Source: Candidatus Omnitrophota bacterium (GTDB lineage: Bacteria; Omnitrophota; Gorgyraeia; Gygaellales; Profunditerraquicolaceae). Taken from it: a DNA stretch of 64,000 bases. Positions 62,747 to 64,000 of this stretch are shown here, one piece after another. The notes beneath the pieces are model-generated. The model was not told the DNA's origin and made no database searches. It saw only the letters and a program-made list of their open reading frames with translations. Location: NCBI GenBank assembly GCA_030693145.1, contig JAUYBI010000045.1, positions 4,591 through 68,590 on the forward strand. The letters run 5' to 3'. Each line of letters starts with the position of its first letter. The stretch's first letter is position 1. A program made the position numbers and the translations under genes.

Positions 62747-62929
62747 TATCTGCCAAAGGGCGTTTCTATTCTCTGGAGTGATCAGGAGAACGGAGACGGC
62801 CTTTTTTATGGGCCATTAATTTTTACAGGAAAGCTTGATAAATTATTAGAATCTGGTAATATGGTACTAGATCCTAATAATATGTAAGTAAAATAATAAT
62901 TTGAGTTTAAGCAAAAAAAAGGGGGAATA

Positions 62930-63142
62930 ATGGTTAAAAAGTCTTTTTTATTGGCCATGCTTTTTGTTTTTATGTTTTTAGCCAGTGGTTGCCTTACCGT
63001 AAATGTGGACGGGTGTTGTCCGGATAAACAGCCGAACCAGTGTATTAAGAAAGAAACCAAGAAAGAAACCAAGAAAGAATCCAAAGAAGGCCCGGGTATA
63101 GTGAAGAAGGCTGACGATTGGGTAAGAGAAAACCTCTGGTGA
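62930..63142 (+). CDS. Small lipoprotein with KKET repeats
   Basis: The 70-aa protein has a signal peptide with the lipobox LASGC. The 12-nt repeats AAGAAAGAAACC x3 encode KKETKKETKKESKE, and the RBS is AGGGGGA. Confidence 0.5.
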   Translation: MVKKSFLLAMLFVFMFLASGCLTVNVDGCCPDKQPNQCIKKETKKETKKESKEGPGIVKKADDWVRENLW

Positions 63143-63191
63143 TATTTGAGAATAAATTAATATCTAATTAGTTTTTGGGTTGGTTATAAAA

Positions 63192-63216
63192 AGCCGGGGA
63201 AAACCCGGTTTTTTAT
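63192..63216 (+). terminator. Rho-independent terminator
   Basis: GCCGGGG-AAAA-CCCGG followed by TTTTTT, 50 nt after the lipoprotein stop. Confidence 0.7.
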
Positions 63217-63486
63217 TTACAGAATATAAACAAAAATTAGTATCTATCTAAAAAAGAGGCAAGTCGTGAGGCCGTCTTCCTATTTCCTCCAGCTCCTCAC
63301 TCTTGCCCAACAAAAGGTTAGTCAACTTTAGTTGCCACTTTTACCCTTCGCTTAAGTATACACTGTTTTGGCATTAATTTACAAGGGGGGTAAAGATTAA
63401 ATAATTCCCCGGATTCAGTAGGTATTTCTACCCTCCCGATCACTGACAGTGTAACAAACCTTGTTGACTTTCAATAGTAGGGGAGG

Positions 63487-63555
63487 TTTAAACCTCCCCT
63501 GTAGCTTATTCACAACAGTAGGGTGGGTTTAAACCCACCCTACTGTATTTGATAA
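63487..63555. repeat. Two adjacent palindromic hairpin elements (family copies 8 and 9; the second is the variant GTAGGGTGGGTTTAAACCCACCCTAC)
   Basis: The first core spans 63489-63510 (its outer base pair is altered to GT/AG). The second, 63528-63553, is a perfect palindrome with a compensated arm change. Both conserved flanks are present. Confidence 0.85.
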
Positions 63556-63686
63556 TTAATAAAAGTCAGCAGAGTTTAATATAATGTCCGATCACTAAAT
63601 TGCTTGCAATTTTAGGATTTATGATAAAATATATGAGACAATTTATAAAGCATAAAGAGAAATTAAAGTTTAAATGAGGACTTATT

Positions 63687-64000
63687 ATGAATAATAAAAG
63701 AAATTATCGGAGATTAAGTTTAGATAATAATATTATTTTGAAATTTGAGAGTAATTTGGATAGAGTAATCGAAGGTAGATTATTAGATATTAGTTTTGTG
63801 GGGATATGTGTTTTTTTGAATGAAAGTGTTAATATCGACAAAATAGTTCAGGAAATTGTTCAGTTTGATATTGCTGGCTTTACAGAGCAGAATTTTATCG
63901 GCCGAGGCAAGATTGTTTATGTTAAACTGGATCGAATATATGCGAAAAAAGGCTTTAGAGTAGGACTGATGTTTATAGAGGCGGATAAGGGATTTGTGCT
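63687..64000 (+). CDS. PilZ-domain-like protein (partial; continues past the window)
   Basis: An RxxxR-like (RNYRR) and a DxSxxG-like (DISFVG) motif are present, and the RBS is GAGGA. Confidence 0.4.
   Translation, partial: MNNKRNYRRLSLDNNIILKFESNLDRVIEGRLLDISFVGICVFLNESVNIDKIVQEIVQFDIAGFTEQNFIGRGKIVYVKLDRIYAKKGFRVGLMFIEADKGFV

Overview
This is a 64-kb bacterial chromosomal window of about 45-47% GC that spans the replication-origin neighbourhood. On the minus strand, from the window start upward, lies a pyrimidine supra-operon: pyrF (partial), pyrD, pyrK, an ICMT-like methyltransferase, fpg, carB, carA, tRNA-Arg, an EndoQ-like PHP nuclease, pyrC, pyrB and pyrR. It is followed by an AT-rich islet of small membrane ORFs, an MNT/HEPN toxin-antitoxin pair, rsmI, glmS, tRNA-Glu, gyrA (with a 441-aa intein), gyrB, a DUF721 gene, dnaN and dnaA. 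The plus-strand half starts at the candidate oriC and runs rpmH, yidD, yidC, a Jag_N-only ORF, a free-standing LAGLIDADG homing endonuclease, parA, parB, ndk, yicC, gmk, rpoZ, coaC, a homing-endonuclease remnant, tRNA-Cys/Leu/Val, thrS, infC, rpmI, rplT, two ktrA/trkA paralogs, trkH, pheS, pheT, a rarA remnant, a coiled-coil protein, a cyclophilin, uvrD, an MTHFR_C-like protein, iscU, 5-FCL, rny, ymdB, a secreted GH-like protein, xseA, xseB, dxs, a four-gene 2-oxoacid:ferredoxin oxidoreductase cluster, gltX, a small lipoprotein and a partial PilZ-like ORF.

The window contains no rRNA genes and no CRISPR array. The most unusual content is non-coding and mobile DNA:
- A dispersed family of perfect 26-bp palindromic hairpin elements (GTAGGGGAGGTTTAAACCTCCCCTAC) at ten intergenic sites, with arm variants that remain perfectly palindromic.
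- A second repeat of about 58 nt forming two hairpins, placed immediately before the Shine-Dalgarno sequences of rplT (two copies) and rny (one copy).
- Heptanucleotide tandem repeat tracts inside coding sequences, including two tracts within korA.
- A gyrA intein with a LAGLIDADG endonuclease domain, a free-standing LAGLIDADG gene driven by a near-consensus promoter, and a LAGLIDADG remnant abutting coaC and tRNA-Cys.
- An MNT/HEPN toxin-antitoxin module whose promoter is followed by a perfect 20-bp palindromic operator.
- A nested GGCGGATAA dyad array upstream of a truncated rarA.
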